A stretch of 64,000 nt of DNA, from assembly GCA_020891255.1 (NCBI GenBank), contig BQFW01000001.1:310001-374000 (forward strand), read 5' to 3'. This DNA comes from Entomortierella parvispora E1425 (lineage: Eukaryota > Fungi > Mortierellomycota). Position numbers and translations under genes: made by a program. Position 1 is the stretch's first letter; each line of letters opens with the position of its first letter. Below, piece by piece: positions 34,875-48,260 of the stretch. The notes beneath the pieces are model-generated. The model had not been told where the DNA came from. It searched no databases and worked only from the letters and a program-made list of their open reading frames with translations.

Positions 34875-37800
34875 CTAGTGAGTCAGGATGGACAACAGTG
34901 CCTTTATTCCGTCGACCATCGCCCCAAATTCGTCAATGGAGCCGTACTGCAGCAACACGGTTCGATGCGCCGGTTTTAAATCGATCGCTCCAGTGAAAAC
35001 AGCGTCCTTGGCCACCAGCCGGTTGGGAAAGGAGCCCCAGACCAAACAAAGTCGAGTCAGTGCCTCGTTCTCATGCTCGTCCTCCTCCATCCTCCAAACA
35101 GACACCGAAGTGCCCAGGGCGATTACTACCTCCATGGGTGTGGAGGGGCTCCATTCTAAATCACCTGCTTCCGTCATTTCCACTTTACGCAATTCGAGTC
35201 TCTTTCCTTGGGGGTCCGTCTCCCACAACACGAGTAAATTGGCAGAGCTGGCCACGATCCAACGGCCACAGTGCGACCACGCAATTCTATGAAAATAAAG
35301 TGGACGTTGTTCCTGAAAGATTCTCTCCTCTCCCGTCCTCACATCCACCAGACTGATATTCAAGGTGTAAGCAATGGCCAAAGTGTTGCTACAGGGCGAA
35401 AAGGAACTGTCATGAGGCACGCAGTCCGAGCGATTGAATTTCTTGGGAGCTTCCACCTGTGTCAGATCCCACACCCACACATCCCGGTCGTTGACCGACG
35501 CAAGCCATTCACCATTCGAAGAGAATGTCAACCTTAGAGAACGTGTGACGGGCCCTTTCAAAACTCGATCGCCACCCGTACTTTGGAGGAGTGCCCGCAG
35601 CTTGATCTCGCCCGTGCTAGTTGCTATAGCCACTCTTGAGCCGCACGATGAATACTCGACGAGGCATTCGCCCTCCAATTCTTCTATTGGCTGCCACTTG
35701 TCCTTGGACGTGTCGTAGATGACGACCTTGTTGACAGTCGAGACGGCCAATCTTTGACCATCTGAGGAATAGGATATGTAGGCATTTCCGGGACCCAGGT
35801 TAAGAAATACCTGAGAAGCACCGGTTTCTGCATCCCACCGTCGAATAGACCCGTCGTACTCTGAGGTCACCAAATATTTGCCAGTAGGGTGATAGGCGGT
35901 ATCGATCACGTACGCTTTCTTGATATGGGCGTCGCTAAGCTCGACCCGTCTTGATTTGGCCTCGTCGTCCAGTTGCCAAAACCGAACCGTCTCATCTTGA
36001 CGTCCACCGGAGAGCAGCTCATTTTCATTCAGGAAAGCCACGCCACAGACGCCTCCGATATGACTATCCATGGTCGCAAGACAGGATCCGGATTGTCCAT
36101 CCCAAAGGATCACAGAGCCAGTTAAATCGTATGAAGCAACCCAGCGACCATCCTTCGAGAGCACAGCCGCATGGACAAGACTTGTGTGTTTTTCCATGAC
36201 TACTGCGTTGTTTCCCTCAGCCTGTAGGTCCCAAAGATAGAGAGTATAGTGACATCCAGTGACTAGACGAGTGCCATCCGGTGAATAAGCGAACGCAAGA
36301 GACAGAGCGTCGTCATGGCGGCCGTGGGAGAGAGTCTTGAATTCATTCATAGCTCTGCTCCACAGCTTGATGGTGCCGCGACGACTTCCAAAAGCGATCT
36401 GACGTCCATCTGGAGACCACGCCATGCTTGTTGGAGATGTGGGGAGCCCTCTGAACCTTGTGAAGGCTCCAGAAACGAGATCCCAACGCATCACACAGCC
36501 TTCCTCGTACTCTAACACGAGTTGATCCCATTGGATCCTGACGTTGTAGAGGGTGCGTGAGACATTCACAGTGGGACCAGACGCGCCCGTGTGAGCGTCC
36601 CAAATACGAACAGTGTTCCTATGATACACAGCCGCGACTTGCAATCCATCCGGTGAAAAGACCACAAAGGTTACTCGATGGGAGAGTCCCTCGAACGTGT
36701 GGACACAGCTTCCTGTCTCCACGCACCAGACACGGACAGTTTTGTCAAAACTTCCAGAGGCGAGTTGTTCGCTGTTGTTGGAAAACGCAAGACTCGAGAC
36801 TCGCTGAGAATGGCCTTTGAGTGTCGACAGCACCTGCCAATCCTGAGTGTCATAGACAACGATGATTCCATCGTCCAGTCCAATCGCGACCTTCTTTCCA
36901 TCACGCGAGGCTGTCAGGGAGCGCAGCGTAGGAATCGTCAGAAAAGATTTTTCGCCCAACCAGACATCTTTCATCTGAGCTCCAGCAAAATTGGCTCGCC
37001 GCAGCCAGGTCTTGGCAAGATTGGTATGGGTCAAATCCGCCCCTTGAAAGCATACAGAGTCGAACTGGCCTCCTGTCAGATCTGCCCCCGGGATCCGAAT
37101 CCCTGCAAGATCGGCTCCATTAAAGTTGACACCTGCTTGCACCAAAATAGTGATGGAATTGCTGGCTGCCTGGCTCGCCGCCGCCTCGGCTTTGGACATT
37201 TGGACAATGGCCTGGAGGTGATGCTTGAAGTCGTCATGGTCTGCAACCCGTTCGGCAAGGAACTGGACAATGGATAGTTCGGATACAATATTAACCTGAC
37301 CCAGGGGGTGATGGACAATGGGTTCCGGATGGGCAGAAGATTCAAGACACTTGGCCAGATCAAGACAGGTTCCATGGCCCCTCGGGTCAAAGATCAGGCA
37401 CGAGTAAAAGTACTCCAACATGGATCGATGACTAAACTCGTACGAGTTTCTTTTGCGGGAGAGACGGAACCTGTGGCGAATTAATTGGCGAGCGTCCTGA
37501 CGGTTTTCTCGACAGACCAATGGAGCCGACTGGCGCAATAGCTTGGCCAGCCCATCTGGGCCAAAAAATGCATTCTTCCACGTCCCTCCATCCATGACAT
37601 CCGAGTAGCTGACCGAGTTCATTCCCTTTTGGTCTTTGAGTATAAAATGCGAGAGTCGCTTTGAGAAATCCAATCCAAGATCAATGAGTTCATGGGTTTT
37701 CAGCAAAGTGAATGCCGAAAGCACATCCTTGTTCATTTTGCCACTGGAATGCTGCTGCGACAACCGGCGATGTTCCGACTCGAAATGCAACTCTACGAAA

Positions 37801-40274
37801 CGGTCATAGAGTTCCACGCGTGTCATCTTGGTGGTGGTTTCGGCGACTCTTGGGAGAACGTCCAAGATCATCTTGAGCATGAAAGGACTCGCAGCCAACT
37901 CCATCAAGTGTCTAATGCTCCTGAGACGCCCCATATACTGTTCCATGCTCCATGCTGGCTCCATGTGCAAATATTCCTCCGTCTTAAGTGCCTGAGTGAA
38001 CAGCTCGACGTACTCCTTAATCTGGCTGCTTCTGAAAGAGACAATGACGGCTTCCTCGAATTGGTCAGACGTGTTGGAAAAGTTTGGATTGCCCAGGGTC
38101 CCAATGTCTGGTTCAAAGTAGTTGCGGTAATTGGGTCCGAGATATTGTGTACGACAACTGACAATCATCTTGACTTTCCAATTTCGGGGCCTGTTAAAGT
38201 GGTTTTCGGAGTGGAGGTTGGTCCAGTGGTGATATTCGTCGTACCCATCACAAATCAGAATAAACTGTCGGGACTGTCGCAGATCCTCTATCTGTTGGTC
38301 CGTGAACAAGCCCAAGTCTTCCAGATGTTGACGAATCATGTCTTTGTCAGATGGGTCTATTGTTTTCAAATCAATAAACAGTGGAACCGGTCCTCCTGGC
38401 TTGTATTTACGCCAGAGCTCGTCCTCCAGTCGTCTGCCAAAGGTGGACTTGCCAGCACCAGAGTCCCCAAGGACGAGTAGCACCTTGCGCTTGCTGGCCA
38501 GAAATTCCCTCGCCCGCACCTGTAGCTCGACCAGATCCTCAGACGCCCGGATGTTTTGTTTTGATAGCAGTTGGATATAGATGGCCCGTCGGTCGTACAT
38601 TCTTGATTGTTGACGAAGGAGACGATCAATGGCAAACTCAATATCAGGATCTGTGTTGACCTTGTGTAATAGTGGAGAGGTCGTAGGGAGAGACAAGCGA
38701 CTCGTCAGTGGGTGTGCGAGGTTGAAAGGTTTAACAGTCCTTGCTCCCAAGCTCAGGATGAGGCCCTGTTTCTTTTCCATGACCGCCTCGTTGCAAATGC
38801 CCTGCGAGCCGCATGTGCTTGCGGATGTAACTGGCTGTTCTGAAATGTGTTGAAGGATTGTCCATGCCCACCTCCTGACCACAGGTCCGGAGTTAAGAAC
38901 CCCTTTGCCCTTGGCAAACTCGAGCAAGAATATGAGGGTTCGGTGGCGGGTAGCATCGTCCAGAGTAGGGTTCATTGAGAGTTCTCCTAGAAGCTGACAG
39001 ACGTGCCATTGAAAATCGGTATTACTGGCGCCCGGCCCCTGACAGAATAATTTGTAAAAGTCTGTCAAAAGGCGACGCTGCACGAATCCTTTTGCATTTT
39101 GAACATCCTGAAACCATGGCTTCCGGCTGAAAGATTGCAGAAGGTTTCTCAGCCGTTGATAGAGGCTGCGCATGCCACGATTCAAGACTGGACCACCGTC
39201 TACCGTACGTGGATCAAGGATGGAAAGCAAGAGCTGCCATCCGTATCTGGCCTGGTACTTGATGAGGGGATCCTTGTGCTTTCGCAAAGCTGACAGAATC
39301 TTGAATAAAGACTCTAACTCCACGCGACTTTGATTCGTTGGTAAACATGTCGCCAGGGTCGTGAGTACGATCGAGATTGCAAATGTCAGATGAATCGCGT
39401 CCCCGGTATCTTTCCTGGCGGCTTCCTCCAAGCGCATTCTCAAGGACTTGATGATGCGAATCAAGTCCTCGGACGAGAGAGAGTTGGCGGGTCTATCCCG
39501 AGTCAGTTGGGCGAGTCCAAGAAGGAGATTGATGTCCAACAAAGCGCTCCGCTGAAACTTTTGAACAAATATCATGACAAGTTGACGGTGATGATCCCTC
39601 TCCAGCAGTGGTCCGATCAGAACGACCTCTCGGATAATGTCAGGGTCGTCGGTAGGCTCTGCCAAGAACTTGCTGGCCATTCGTCTCGTCAGATTGGAGA
39701 TGTGGTCTTTTTCCAGCGGGTTTTCTTCCATGTATTGGATCCACTCTTGGTGATTGTCCTGTGTTTTAGACAAAAGGTCTGTTGATGGAGGTGGTGGCCA
39801 TGTTGAGCCCGCTTCGATCCGCGCCTTATCAAGGAGACGAGCGCAGTACACAAGCTGAGCAGTGTCCTCTATCAGCTCATTACCGTCAGGCACAGGAACG
39901 GTGAAATGTTTCCTATGTACGATCAAAGACTCGATTGCTGTCGGGGTCAGAGGGCTTGGAATACGAGGTGGTGAAGATGGTGGTGCTGGTCCTGCTTCTG
40001 TCAACCTTGGCTGCTGGGATGTGATTGTTGACAAGCATAATGCAGTGTCAAGGCACGGTCTCTGGCTCAGGGGCGACTCTGTGCTGGGAAGGCCTGATTT
40101 CGAGAATTGAGCCATCAAACTGTGGACATTTGTGGCGATGTTGGTAGTGGTTGGTGCCGACATTGCTATTGCCGTTGTGGTGGAAACTGTTGTAACGGAC
40201 ATATCGACGGTTGGTCTGGCTGAATGGCTACTGCCTTTGCCTTCTTTGATGGTCGCCTTTGTGCCGACATTCAT
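34875..40274 (-). CDS. NLR-like protein: Arm-like N-terminus, NACHT, pentapeptide repeats, WD40 repeats (1799 aa ORF)
   Basis: Walker A GDSGAGKST, Walker B LICDGYDE, pentapeptide run GADLAG...GADLTH, multiple GH...WD repeats. Confidence 0.93.
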   Translation of the reverse strand: MNVGTKATIKEGKGSSHSARPTVDMSVTTVSTTTAIAMSAPTTTNIATNVHSLMAQFSKSGLPSTESPLSQRPCLDTALCLSTITSQQPRLTEAGPAPPSSPPRIPSPLTPTAIESLIVHRKHFTVPVPDGNELIEDTAQLVYCARLLDKARIEAGSTWPPPPSTDLLSKTQDNHQEWIQYMEENPLEKDHISNLTRRMASKFLAEPTDDPDIIREVVLIGPLLERDHHRQLVMIFVQKFQRSALLDINLLLGLAQLTRDRPANSLSSEDLIRIIKSLRMRLEEAARKDTGDAIHLTFAISIVLTTLATCLPTNQSRVELESLFKILSALRKHKDPLIKYQARYGWQLLLSILDPRTVDGGPVLNRGMRSLYQRLRNLLQSFSRKPWFQDVQNAKGFVQRRLLTDFYKLFCQGPGASNTDFQWHVCQLLGELSMNPTLDDATRHRTLIFLLEFAKGKGVLNSGPVVRRWAWTILQHISEQPVTSASTCGSQGICNEAVMEKKQGLILSLGARTVKPFNLAHPLTSRLSLPTTSPLLHKVNTDPDIEFAIDRLLRQQSRMYDRRAIYIQLLSKQNIRASEDLVELQVRAREFLASKRKVLLVLGDSGAGKSTFGRRLEDELWRKYKPGGPVPLFIDLKTIDPSDKDMIRQHLEDLGLFTDQQIEDLRQSRQFILICDGYDEYHHWTNLHSENHFNRPRNWKVKMIVSCRTQYLGPNYRNYFEPDIGTLGNPNFSNTSDQFEEAVIVSFRSSQIKEYVELFTQALKTEEYLHMEPAWSMEQYMGRLRSIRHLMELAASPFMLKMILDVLPRVAETTTKMTRVELYDRFVELHFESEHRRLSQQHSSGKMNKDVLSAFTLLKTHELIDLGLDFSKRLSHFILKDQKGMNSVSYSDVMDGGTWKNAFFGPDGLAKLLRQSAPLVCRENRQDARQLIRHRFRLSRKRNSYEFSHRSMLEYFYSCLIFDPRGHGTCLDLAKCLESSAHPEPIVHHPLGQVNIVSELSIVQFLAERVADHDDFKHHLQAIVQMSKAEAAASQAASNSITILVQAGVNFNGADLAGIRIPGADLTGGQFDSVCFQGADLTHTNLAKTWLRRANFAGAQMKDVWLGEKSFLTIPTLRSLTASRDGKKVAIGLDDGIIVVYDTQDWQVLSTLKGHSQRVSSLAFSNNSEQLASGSFDKTVRVWCVETGSCVHTFEGLSHRVTFVVFSPDGLQVAAVYHRNTVRIWDAHTGASGPTVNVSRTLYNVRIQWDQLVLEYEEGCVMRWDLVSGAFTRFRGLPTSPTSMAWSPDGRQIAFGSRRGTIKLWSRAMNEFKTLSHGRHDDALSLAFAYSPDGTRLVTGCHYTLYLWDLQAEGNNAVVMEKHTSLVHAAVLSKDGRWVASYDLTGSVILWDGQSGSCLATMDSHIGGVCGVAFLNENELLSGGRQDETVRFWQLDDEAKSRRVELSDAHIKKAYVIDTAYHPTGKYLVTSEYDGSIRRWDAETGASQVFLNLGPGNAYISYSSDGQRLAVSTVNKVVIYDTSKDKWQPIEELEGECLVEYSSCGSRVAIATSTGEIKLRALLQSTGGDRVLKGPVTRSLRLTFSSNGEWLASVNDRDVWVWDLTQVEAPKKFNRSDCVPHDSSFSPCSNTLAIAYTLNISLVDVRTGEERIFQEQRPLYFHRIAWSHCGRWIVASSANLLVLWETDPQGKRLELRKVEMTEAGDLEWSPSTPMEVVIALGTSVSVWRMEEDEHENEALTRLCLVWGSFPNRLVAKDAVFTGAIDLKPAHRTVLLQYGSIDEFGAMVDGIKALLSILTH

Positions 40275-41232
40275 CGAGAAGAGACTTGAAAAAACACGCT
40301 TGAAGTAGTGGTCTTGTCGCTGTTATGTCTGGATCCAGGAGAGGATAGGATCTAGAGCAAGAGAGTCGTTTTTGGATGAGCGCTCCTTCGACTTGGAAGA
40401 AGAAAAAAAAGAAAAAAGAGATCAAAGAACCTATCCCATTACCTTCGATGATCGTTTTGGCTCTTTCAGGCAGTGGTGGGTGCCTCGATTAACTAGGCGT
40501 GTCTCTGCTCTTGGTTAGTTAATAAAAGGTATCCCACCGAAGGAGAATAGGGTGCACGACATCCAAGTCCAAGGGTAGCAGTCTCGTCCGAAGAGGGCAG
40601 TGAAGAGACCAAGAAGAATCCGATGACTAGCATGTCACCACAGGAGAGTAAGTAAGAGATCCGTTAACATCAGGAAACTGGCAGAGGATATAATATCTAC
40701 TGCCACATGTACGGGGATGCACATTCGCAAAGAGTAGTGTTGCCCTGACTCTGACGCGTGGAGGTGCCCGAGGGCAGGCGACTTACCTACAACAATAAAT
40801 AAAGTCGGCGAGATGAGGGGAAGGGGTTCTAATTAGGACAACAAGCACTGGTCGAATGAGTGGATGGCATGAAGAGAAGAAGAAGAAAACACTCGTCCAT
40901 CCATTCCTTCCGTCCCAGGCAGAAAGAGGCACGGCTTCGCCACAAGCACAGCCCCGTCCGGTGTCCACAAGAAGCAGCGTCGCACCGAAGAGCACCCCTT
41001 AAGAGACACCCTGCCATTAATCTCGCTTTCATTGTTGATGTCAACGCGCTTCGTCGCTTTGTGTGGATGAACGCTGCTCTTGTTGTCAATCTTCACCCGT
41101 TGCTTCATCACGATCCATCCCTCTCTCTCTCCTCTCCTCGACTCAACTCTGCTTCACTTTGCTTCGCTGTTCCCTCTCGCTCTTGTCCTGTTACTCTTGA
41201 CCCAACTTCATCAATCTATAATCAGCTGGGAC

Positions 41233-44200
41233 ATGCTGGGACAACAGACTGCCAACCAAAGGAAAAGCATCGACAACATGACCAGTCATGGCACCACTCC
41301 GAGTGGATGGACTTCCCCTCAAAACAACGCTTCATCATTCTCGCGATTCCAAGACATTGAAGTGCCCCTGGGTGGCACCACGGAACTGAACGATGACGCC
41401 AAGGAGAAGTCATTGCGACGTCGGTCCCTGCTGGATGAACGCGCTGCCAGGAGACGCTCGCTCCTGTCCATGACCGAGGACAATGATCGTCGAAGGAGTC
41501 TGAACAACAATGCAAACAGCCCTCAGGGACAGAACGCAGGAGGCAGTGGTGGCAGTGGATTGACAAGTCCCAACAGTAAACTGCGGCCGAGTGGTGCGAG
41601 TAGTCTATTGGGCGTCGTGGATGCGCAGAGTGCTCCCTTGCCGTCGTTGTTGAAGGTCTCGGCGGATAGCTTCGAGCAGTGGTTGAAACTGGCGACGGAT
41701 AATGTATGTTGCTACTTTTTATTTGAATGGTTGGACAAGACACCACCATGCATGCATGCAAGGTTGACTGATTTTCTCTTTTCTGTGCTCCTTCTCTTTG
41801 GATTAGAAAATCAACGCCAACAACAGCTGGAACTTTGCGCTAATCGATTACTTTCACGAAATGTCGTTGCTACGCGAGGGAGACTCGATCAACTTTCAGA
41901 AGGGTAAGGGCAGGATATACGTCAGAGATGCGTCCGTTGACTTGATCCCACCATAGGTACTAACAATATTTCTTCTCTTTGATAGCCTCCTGTACACTGG
42001 ATGGATGCGTCAAGATTTACACGTCTCGTGTCGATTCCGTCGCTACCGAAACTACAAAGCTCCTGGGAGGACTTGCCACAAGTGCCAGTAAGGATTTCGT
42101 TTGCACATGCTCATGCGAGAAGCAAGTTTACTCTGTGCTTGTCGGCTGATCGGATTTCTCTTTGTTTTTCACCTTTTAAATAGAGGGCCGCGAGGGAGAA
42201 GAAAATGCGGATCAGGATGATGATCAGGATGAAGAGGAGAATGACAAACCCGTCAAGAAGAAGGTATGACCTGCCTTCCCTTTTTCAGGATTCTATCTAT
42301 CATCGGAGCATGAGGCACAATCTGATAACCTTGGTATTTTTCCATTTTTTTTTTTTTTTTTTTTGTGCACACATCCATGACAATAGCATTCATCTAGGAG
42401 CGGCAATACACTGGCCAAGGATTTCAGCCAGCTTACTCTTGAAAAGTTCAACCTCGAGTTCTCGGTCGATCCCTTGTTCAAAAAGACCTCGGCAGATTTC
42501 GATGAGGGTGGTGCCAGAGGCTTGCTTCTGAACCACTTGAATGTAGACGCAGAAGGAAAGATCATCTTTGACGCTGGTGATGCTAGAGATGAGGGCGATG
42601 ACGACGACGACGATGATGAGGAAGAAGACGAGCAGGAAGAACAAGAGGATGAGGCTGACACCGACTCTCAAAAGCGCAAAAGGACAAAGAAGAGCACCGA
42701 GGTCGAGGCAGCCATGATTGATATCCAACGGTTGCGGTGTAAGTCTTGTCAGGACTATCATTGAGATTATCAAAAACAGTCGGATGTAATTCATGGTTTC
42801 ACTCACTTTTTTTTTTTTCTCTTTGCTATTCCCATAGCCAAATTCTTGCCGTCGTTGAACCAGATTTTTGAAAAGGATATTTGTCCGTCCTTGCGCGATT
42901 TCCAACTGACAGGATCATCAGATATGGACTTTTCGTTCCTGAAGCGGTTTCAAGGGGATGATGATGAAGATGAAAACCCCAACCAGCAGGACGACGACGA
43001 CGATGATTATGAGATTGGTGTAAATCCTGGCAATGCCTTTGACGAGGACTTTGGAGGTGGCGACTTTAACGCATACGACGATGATGGCGACGCGATGGAG
43101 GGTGTTGAGGGGCAGGAAGGGATCGACAGAGATGCGCAGGGGGAGCACGGCCATGCCGAGGCGCCATTGGTGGTCGAGGATGCATTCGGGGACTTGGATG
43201 AACAGATTGCAGCTCACCGTGCTGGTCCGGATCTGGACCTCATGATGGAGACAGATGCGATCATGGGCAAGACCTCTACGGATATGTATCAATATTTCGA
43301 CGCGGCTCTGATGCGTAACTGGGCAGGACCAGAACACTGGAAGCTGAGACGTATCCCCAAAGGCGAGTTTTTTTTTAAAATGAGAATATCCTCGAGATAT
43401 TTTTTTTGGAAGTGCAGAGAACTGACCGTGTCTTTTTTTAATTCTTTTTCTCATTCTATAGAAAAACCTGCACCTGTAGCGGATGGAGAAACACCGACAG
43501 AGGACGGCGAGGCACCAGGACCAAAGAAACGTGGAGCTAAGACTGCGCTGGTCATTGATTTCTTGAACGCGGAGGAGATAGACGAGGACGACTTGTTTGT
43601 ACCAGCGGAGGCATCGACGCTAACAATGACACTGGGGCAAGAGGCCGAGATGAAAAAGACGAAACATGTTCTTCCCGATGATGTTCATTTTTCGTCCAAG
43701 CAACTACTCAAGATGTTTATGAAGCCGTCCTTCATCGTAAATTTTGCTGATCCTCACTTTTTAGGGTTGTTGGAGTCTGACGATTCACCTAGTTTACTTA
43801 CCATTGGTTTATGTCTTCTCTACTCTGCTGCCTGTAGATCAAGTCCAAGTCCAAGAGGCCACAACCAGGCTACTTGCAGCAACCTGCTGAGCCAGAGTCA
43901 TGTAAGATGAAGGGCCACCGTACCTACAGATGGATTATATTATGAATCGGAAGTTTCTCATTATTCAAACATATTGCTCTTTTCCTAGTCAACCTTGCAT
44001 TCCCTGATGAACAGTTCTGGGCGTCACACACCAACAATGTAGACGAAGGAGATGTGGCGGCTCTGACGGATCAATTGGACCAGACTCAGATCTATAACGA
44101 CTATGTAGAGGATGACGATGACGAATATGGATTCCAGGAGCAAGGATTCTTTGGACCAGGAGGGGCAGAGGCTGGTGCCAACAAGACGTTGCTCGGACTT

Positions 44201-44701
44201 GGATTTGGACTGGAGAGTCAGGGTGATGGCAACGACTATGCAAGTCAATTGGTGTCTGAGCCCAAGAGAGTCAAGGCGGCGTATATCAGCTTCTCCAAGA
44301 CGGCCAAGAAGGTGGACGTGAAGAAACTGAAGGACAATATCTGGAAGGAGATGACGGCACAATCGTTAAAGCGCCAACCTGGCAGTCGGGACGATGGCGA
44401 GCGAAAGAAGAGTCGCAAGGAAAGCGAAGAGGAGAGCGGCGTAGAGGCAGGGGAGGACGAAATCGAGAACAAGGCTGAGAACGACGATGATATGGAGGAT
44501 CCAAGCGGGGACTATGTCAAGAAAGAGCAGCGGTTTACAGAGATCATTGGGGGACTGAGCAAGATGTATCCGGAGCAGAAGCTGAGGGATATCTCTGTGC
44601 CGTTCTGCTTCATCTGTCTGCTGCATCTGGCGAACGAGAAGAACCTGTCGATTGAAGGAACAGAGAGCCTGTCTGAGCTGGTGATCAAGCAGGAGGGATA
44701 A
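41233..44701 (+). CDS. BRN1: Condensin I kleisin subunit CAP-H/barren (multi-exon; start approximate)
   Basis: Spliced motifs WLKLATDN|KINANNSWNFALIDYF, NFQK|ASCTLDGCVKIY, LFKKTSADFDEGGARGLLLN, NWAGPEHWK, and C-terminal DISVPFCFICLLHLANEKNL. Confidence 0.95.
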
Positions 44702-45419
44702 GAGGGAAAGAGTTCCATTTGAGAAGAGAAATAAAATAGAAATCAACAACTCGCCTTGTACTTTTAGTTTTGTTTTGGTCCTCTGTTTTCCGACCTCCAA
44801 GAGTCCTCACTGAGGGACCTTGGACCAAACTCTTCTGTTGAAGGTGTCACGTCATCTCCAATGTTACTCCAACTAGTGATTATTGTCTGAATCATCACAA
44901 TGCAAATTACGTTGTTACTTTCTTTGTCTTCGATTGTTTACAGGAAGCCGATGAGCGCATGCAATATTTTTGTTGGGAACCTTTGTTGGTAGGGAAACTC
45001 CCGTCACTCTATCTTGACTATCTACAAGAACCTTCATGTCCTTGGTCTTCCCAAGAGCAAAGTCCAAGTCTGATATAGGTGAATGACCTGACCAATGTTT
45101 ATAGGGTGTTTTCAAAATTAAAAAGGGAGGTCTGGAATTTGAAACTCCAATGCCTTCTGTTGAGCAGCCTTAAAGGCTGCTGATATAGTATCCAGCTTGG
45201 AGCTGCCATTGGGAGATATCTGTACTTGCAGCCGTCCTTGCTCCGTGCAGCAGTGTAGTCCGTTGTCATATACCTGAAAGGACATGACACGGTCGAGGCT
45301 GTAGAGAAGCAGGTGATACTTAAAAAGATGATCTATCTCATCTTCTGATAGGAACAGCAGTGCGCTGAATACTAAGGGACTATGACTTTCAAGAATTTCT
45401 GAAACATAATTTCTATATC

Positions 45420-48260
45420 CCTTACTATTATCTTCAAGTGCTGCAATAAGAGGCCGGATGGCTGATTCCGGCAACGAAAGCTGCTTGTTTAATGCTGATG
45501 ATGCTGAGGACCTGACACGCCAATCGTCATCCGTGAGTGCGGCGATGAGAGACAGGATGGCCGATTCCGGCAACGAAGACTGCTTGCCTAATGCTGATGC
45601 TGCTGAAGACCTGACACTCCAATTGTCATCCTTGAGTGCGGCGATGAGAGCATGGATGACTGATTCCGGCAACGAAGACTGCTTGCTTAATAGCAATGCT
45701 GCTGAAGATCTGGCATCGCCATCGTCATCCTTGAGTGTAGCGATGAGAGACTGGATGGCTGATTCCGGCAACGAAGACTGCATGCCCAAGGTCGATGCTG
45801 CTGAAGACCTGATATTCCAATTGTCATCCTTGAGTGCGGCGATGAGAGCATGGATGGCTGATCCCGTCAACGAAGACTGCTTGCCTAATACTGATGCTGC
45901 TGAAGATCTGACATCACTATCGTCATCCTGGAGTGTAGCGATGAGAGACTGAATGGCAGATTCCGGCAACGAAGACTGCTTGCCTAATAACAGTGCTGTT
46001 GAAGACCTGACATTTTTATCGTCATCCTTGAGTGTGGCGATGAGAGACTGGATGGCCGACAGTTCCGGCAACGAAGACTGCTTGCCTAATAACGATGCTG
46101 CTGAAGATCTGACATCACTATCGTCATCCTTGAGTGCGGTGATGAGAGACTGGATGGAAGATTCTGACAACAAAGACTGATTGCCTAATGCTGATGCTGC
46201 TGAAGACCTGACATTTTTATCGTCATCCTTGAGTGCGGCGATGAGAGACTGGATGGCCGATTCCGGCAACGAAGACTGCTTGCCTAATGCTGACGCTGCT
46301 GAAGACCTGACACTCCGATTGTCATCGTTGATTGCGGCGATGAGAGACTGGATGGCTGATTCCGGCAGCGAAGACTGCTTGTTTAATGCTGATGATGCTG
46401 AGGACCTGACACTCCAATTGTCATCCTTGAGTGCGGCGATGAGAGAATGGATGGCTGATCCCGTCAACGAAGACTGCTTGCTTAATAACAGTGCTGCTGA
46501 AGACCTGGCATCTCCATCGTCATCCTTGAGTGAAGTGATGAGAGACTGGATGGCTGATTCCGGCAACGAAGACTGCTTGCCTAATGCTGACGCTGCTGAA
46601 GACCTGACACTCCGATTGTCATCGTTGATTGCGGCGATGAGAGACTGGATGGCTGATTCCGGCAGCGAAGACTGCTTGTTTAATGCTGATGATGCTGAGG
46701 ACCTGACACTCCAATTGTCATCCTTGAGTGCGGCGATGAGAGAATGGATGGCTGATCCCGTCAACGAAGACTGCTTGCTTAATAACAGTGCTGCTGAAGA
46801 TCTGGCATCTCCATCGTCATCCTTGAGTGTAGCGATGAGAGACTGGATGGCTGATTCCGGCAATGAAGACTGCATGCCCAAGGTCGATGCTGCAGAAGAC
46901 CTTACATTTTTATCGTCATCCTTGAGTGTAGCGATGAGAGACTGGATGGCTGATTCCGGCAACGGAGACTGCTTGCTTAATAACGATGCTGCTGAAGACC
47001 TGACATTTTTATCGTCATCCTTGAGTGTAGCGATGAGAGACTGGATGGAAGATTCTGACAACAAAGACTGATTGCCTAATGCTGATGCTGCTGACATCTT
47101 GACATTCCAATCGTCATCCTTGAGTGTAGCGATGAGAGACTGGACGGCTGATTCCGTCAGCGAAGACTGCATGCCTAATGCTGACGCTGCTGAAGACCTG
47201 ACATAGTATTCGTCATGCTTGAGTGCGGCGATGAGAGCATGGATGGCTGATTCCGGCAACAAAGACTGATTGCTTAATGCTGATACTGCTGAAGACCCGA
47301 CACTCCGATTGTCATCCTTGAGTGTAGCGATGAGAGACTGGATGGCTGATTCCGTCAGCGAAGACTGCTTGTTTAATGCTGATGCTGCTGAAGACCTGAC
47401 ACTCTGATTGTCATCCTTGAGTGCGGCGATAAGAGACTGGATGGCTGATTCCGGCAACAAAGACTGCTTGCCTAATGCTGATGCTGCTGAAGACCTGACA
47501 TTTTTATCGTCATCCTTGAGTGCGGCGATGAGAGACTGGACGGCTGATTCCGTCAGCGAAGACTGCATGCCTATTGCTGACACTGCTGAAGACCTGACAT
47601 TTTTATCGTCATCCTTGAGTGCGGCGATGAGAGACTGGACGGCCGGTTCCGGCAACGAATACTGCCTGCCTAATAACGATGCTGCTGAAGACCTGACACT
47701 CCAATTGTCATCCTTGAGTACGGTGACGAAAGACTGGATGGCTGATTCCGGCAACAAAGACTGCTTGCCTAATAACAATACTGCTGAAGACCTGACATTT
47801 TTATCGTCATCCTTGAGTGTAGCGATGAGAGACTGGATGGCTGATTCCGGCAAAGAAGACTGCATGCCTAATAACGATACTGCTGAAGACCTGACACTCC
47901 AATTGTCATCCTTGACTGCGGTGATGAGAGACTGGATGGCTGATTCCGGTAACGAAGACTGCTCGCCTAATAACGATGCTGCTGAAGACCTTGCGTTTTT
48001 ATCGTCATCCTTGAGTGTAGCGATGAGAGACTGGATGGCTGATTCCGGCAACGAAGACTGCTTGCTTAATACTGATGCTGCTGAAGATCTGACATCACTA
48101 TCGTCATCCTTGAGTGCAGCGATGAAAGTCTGGATGACTGCTTCCGGTAACGAAGACTGCCTGACTAATAACGATGCTGCTGAAGACCTGACATTTTTTT
48201 GGTCATCCTTGAGTGCGATGACGAGTGAGTGGATTGCAGATTCTGACAATACAGATCGCG
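45420..48260 (-). repeat. 99-bp (33-aa) HEAT repeat array, about 29 units
   Basis: SAIQSLIATLKDDDKNVRSSAASxLxKQSSLPE consensus; a three-unit block is duplicated. Confidence 0.95.
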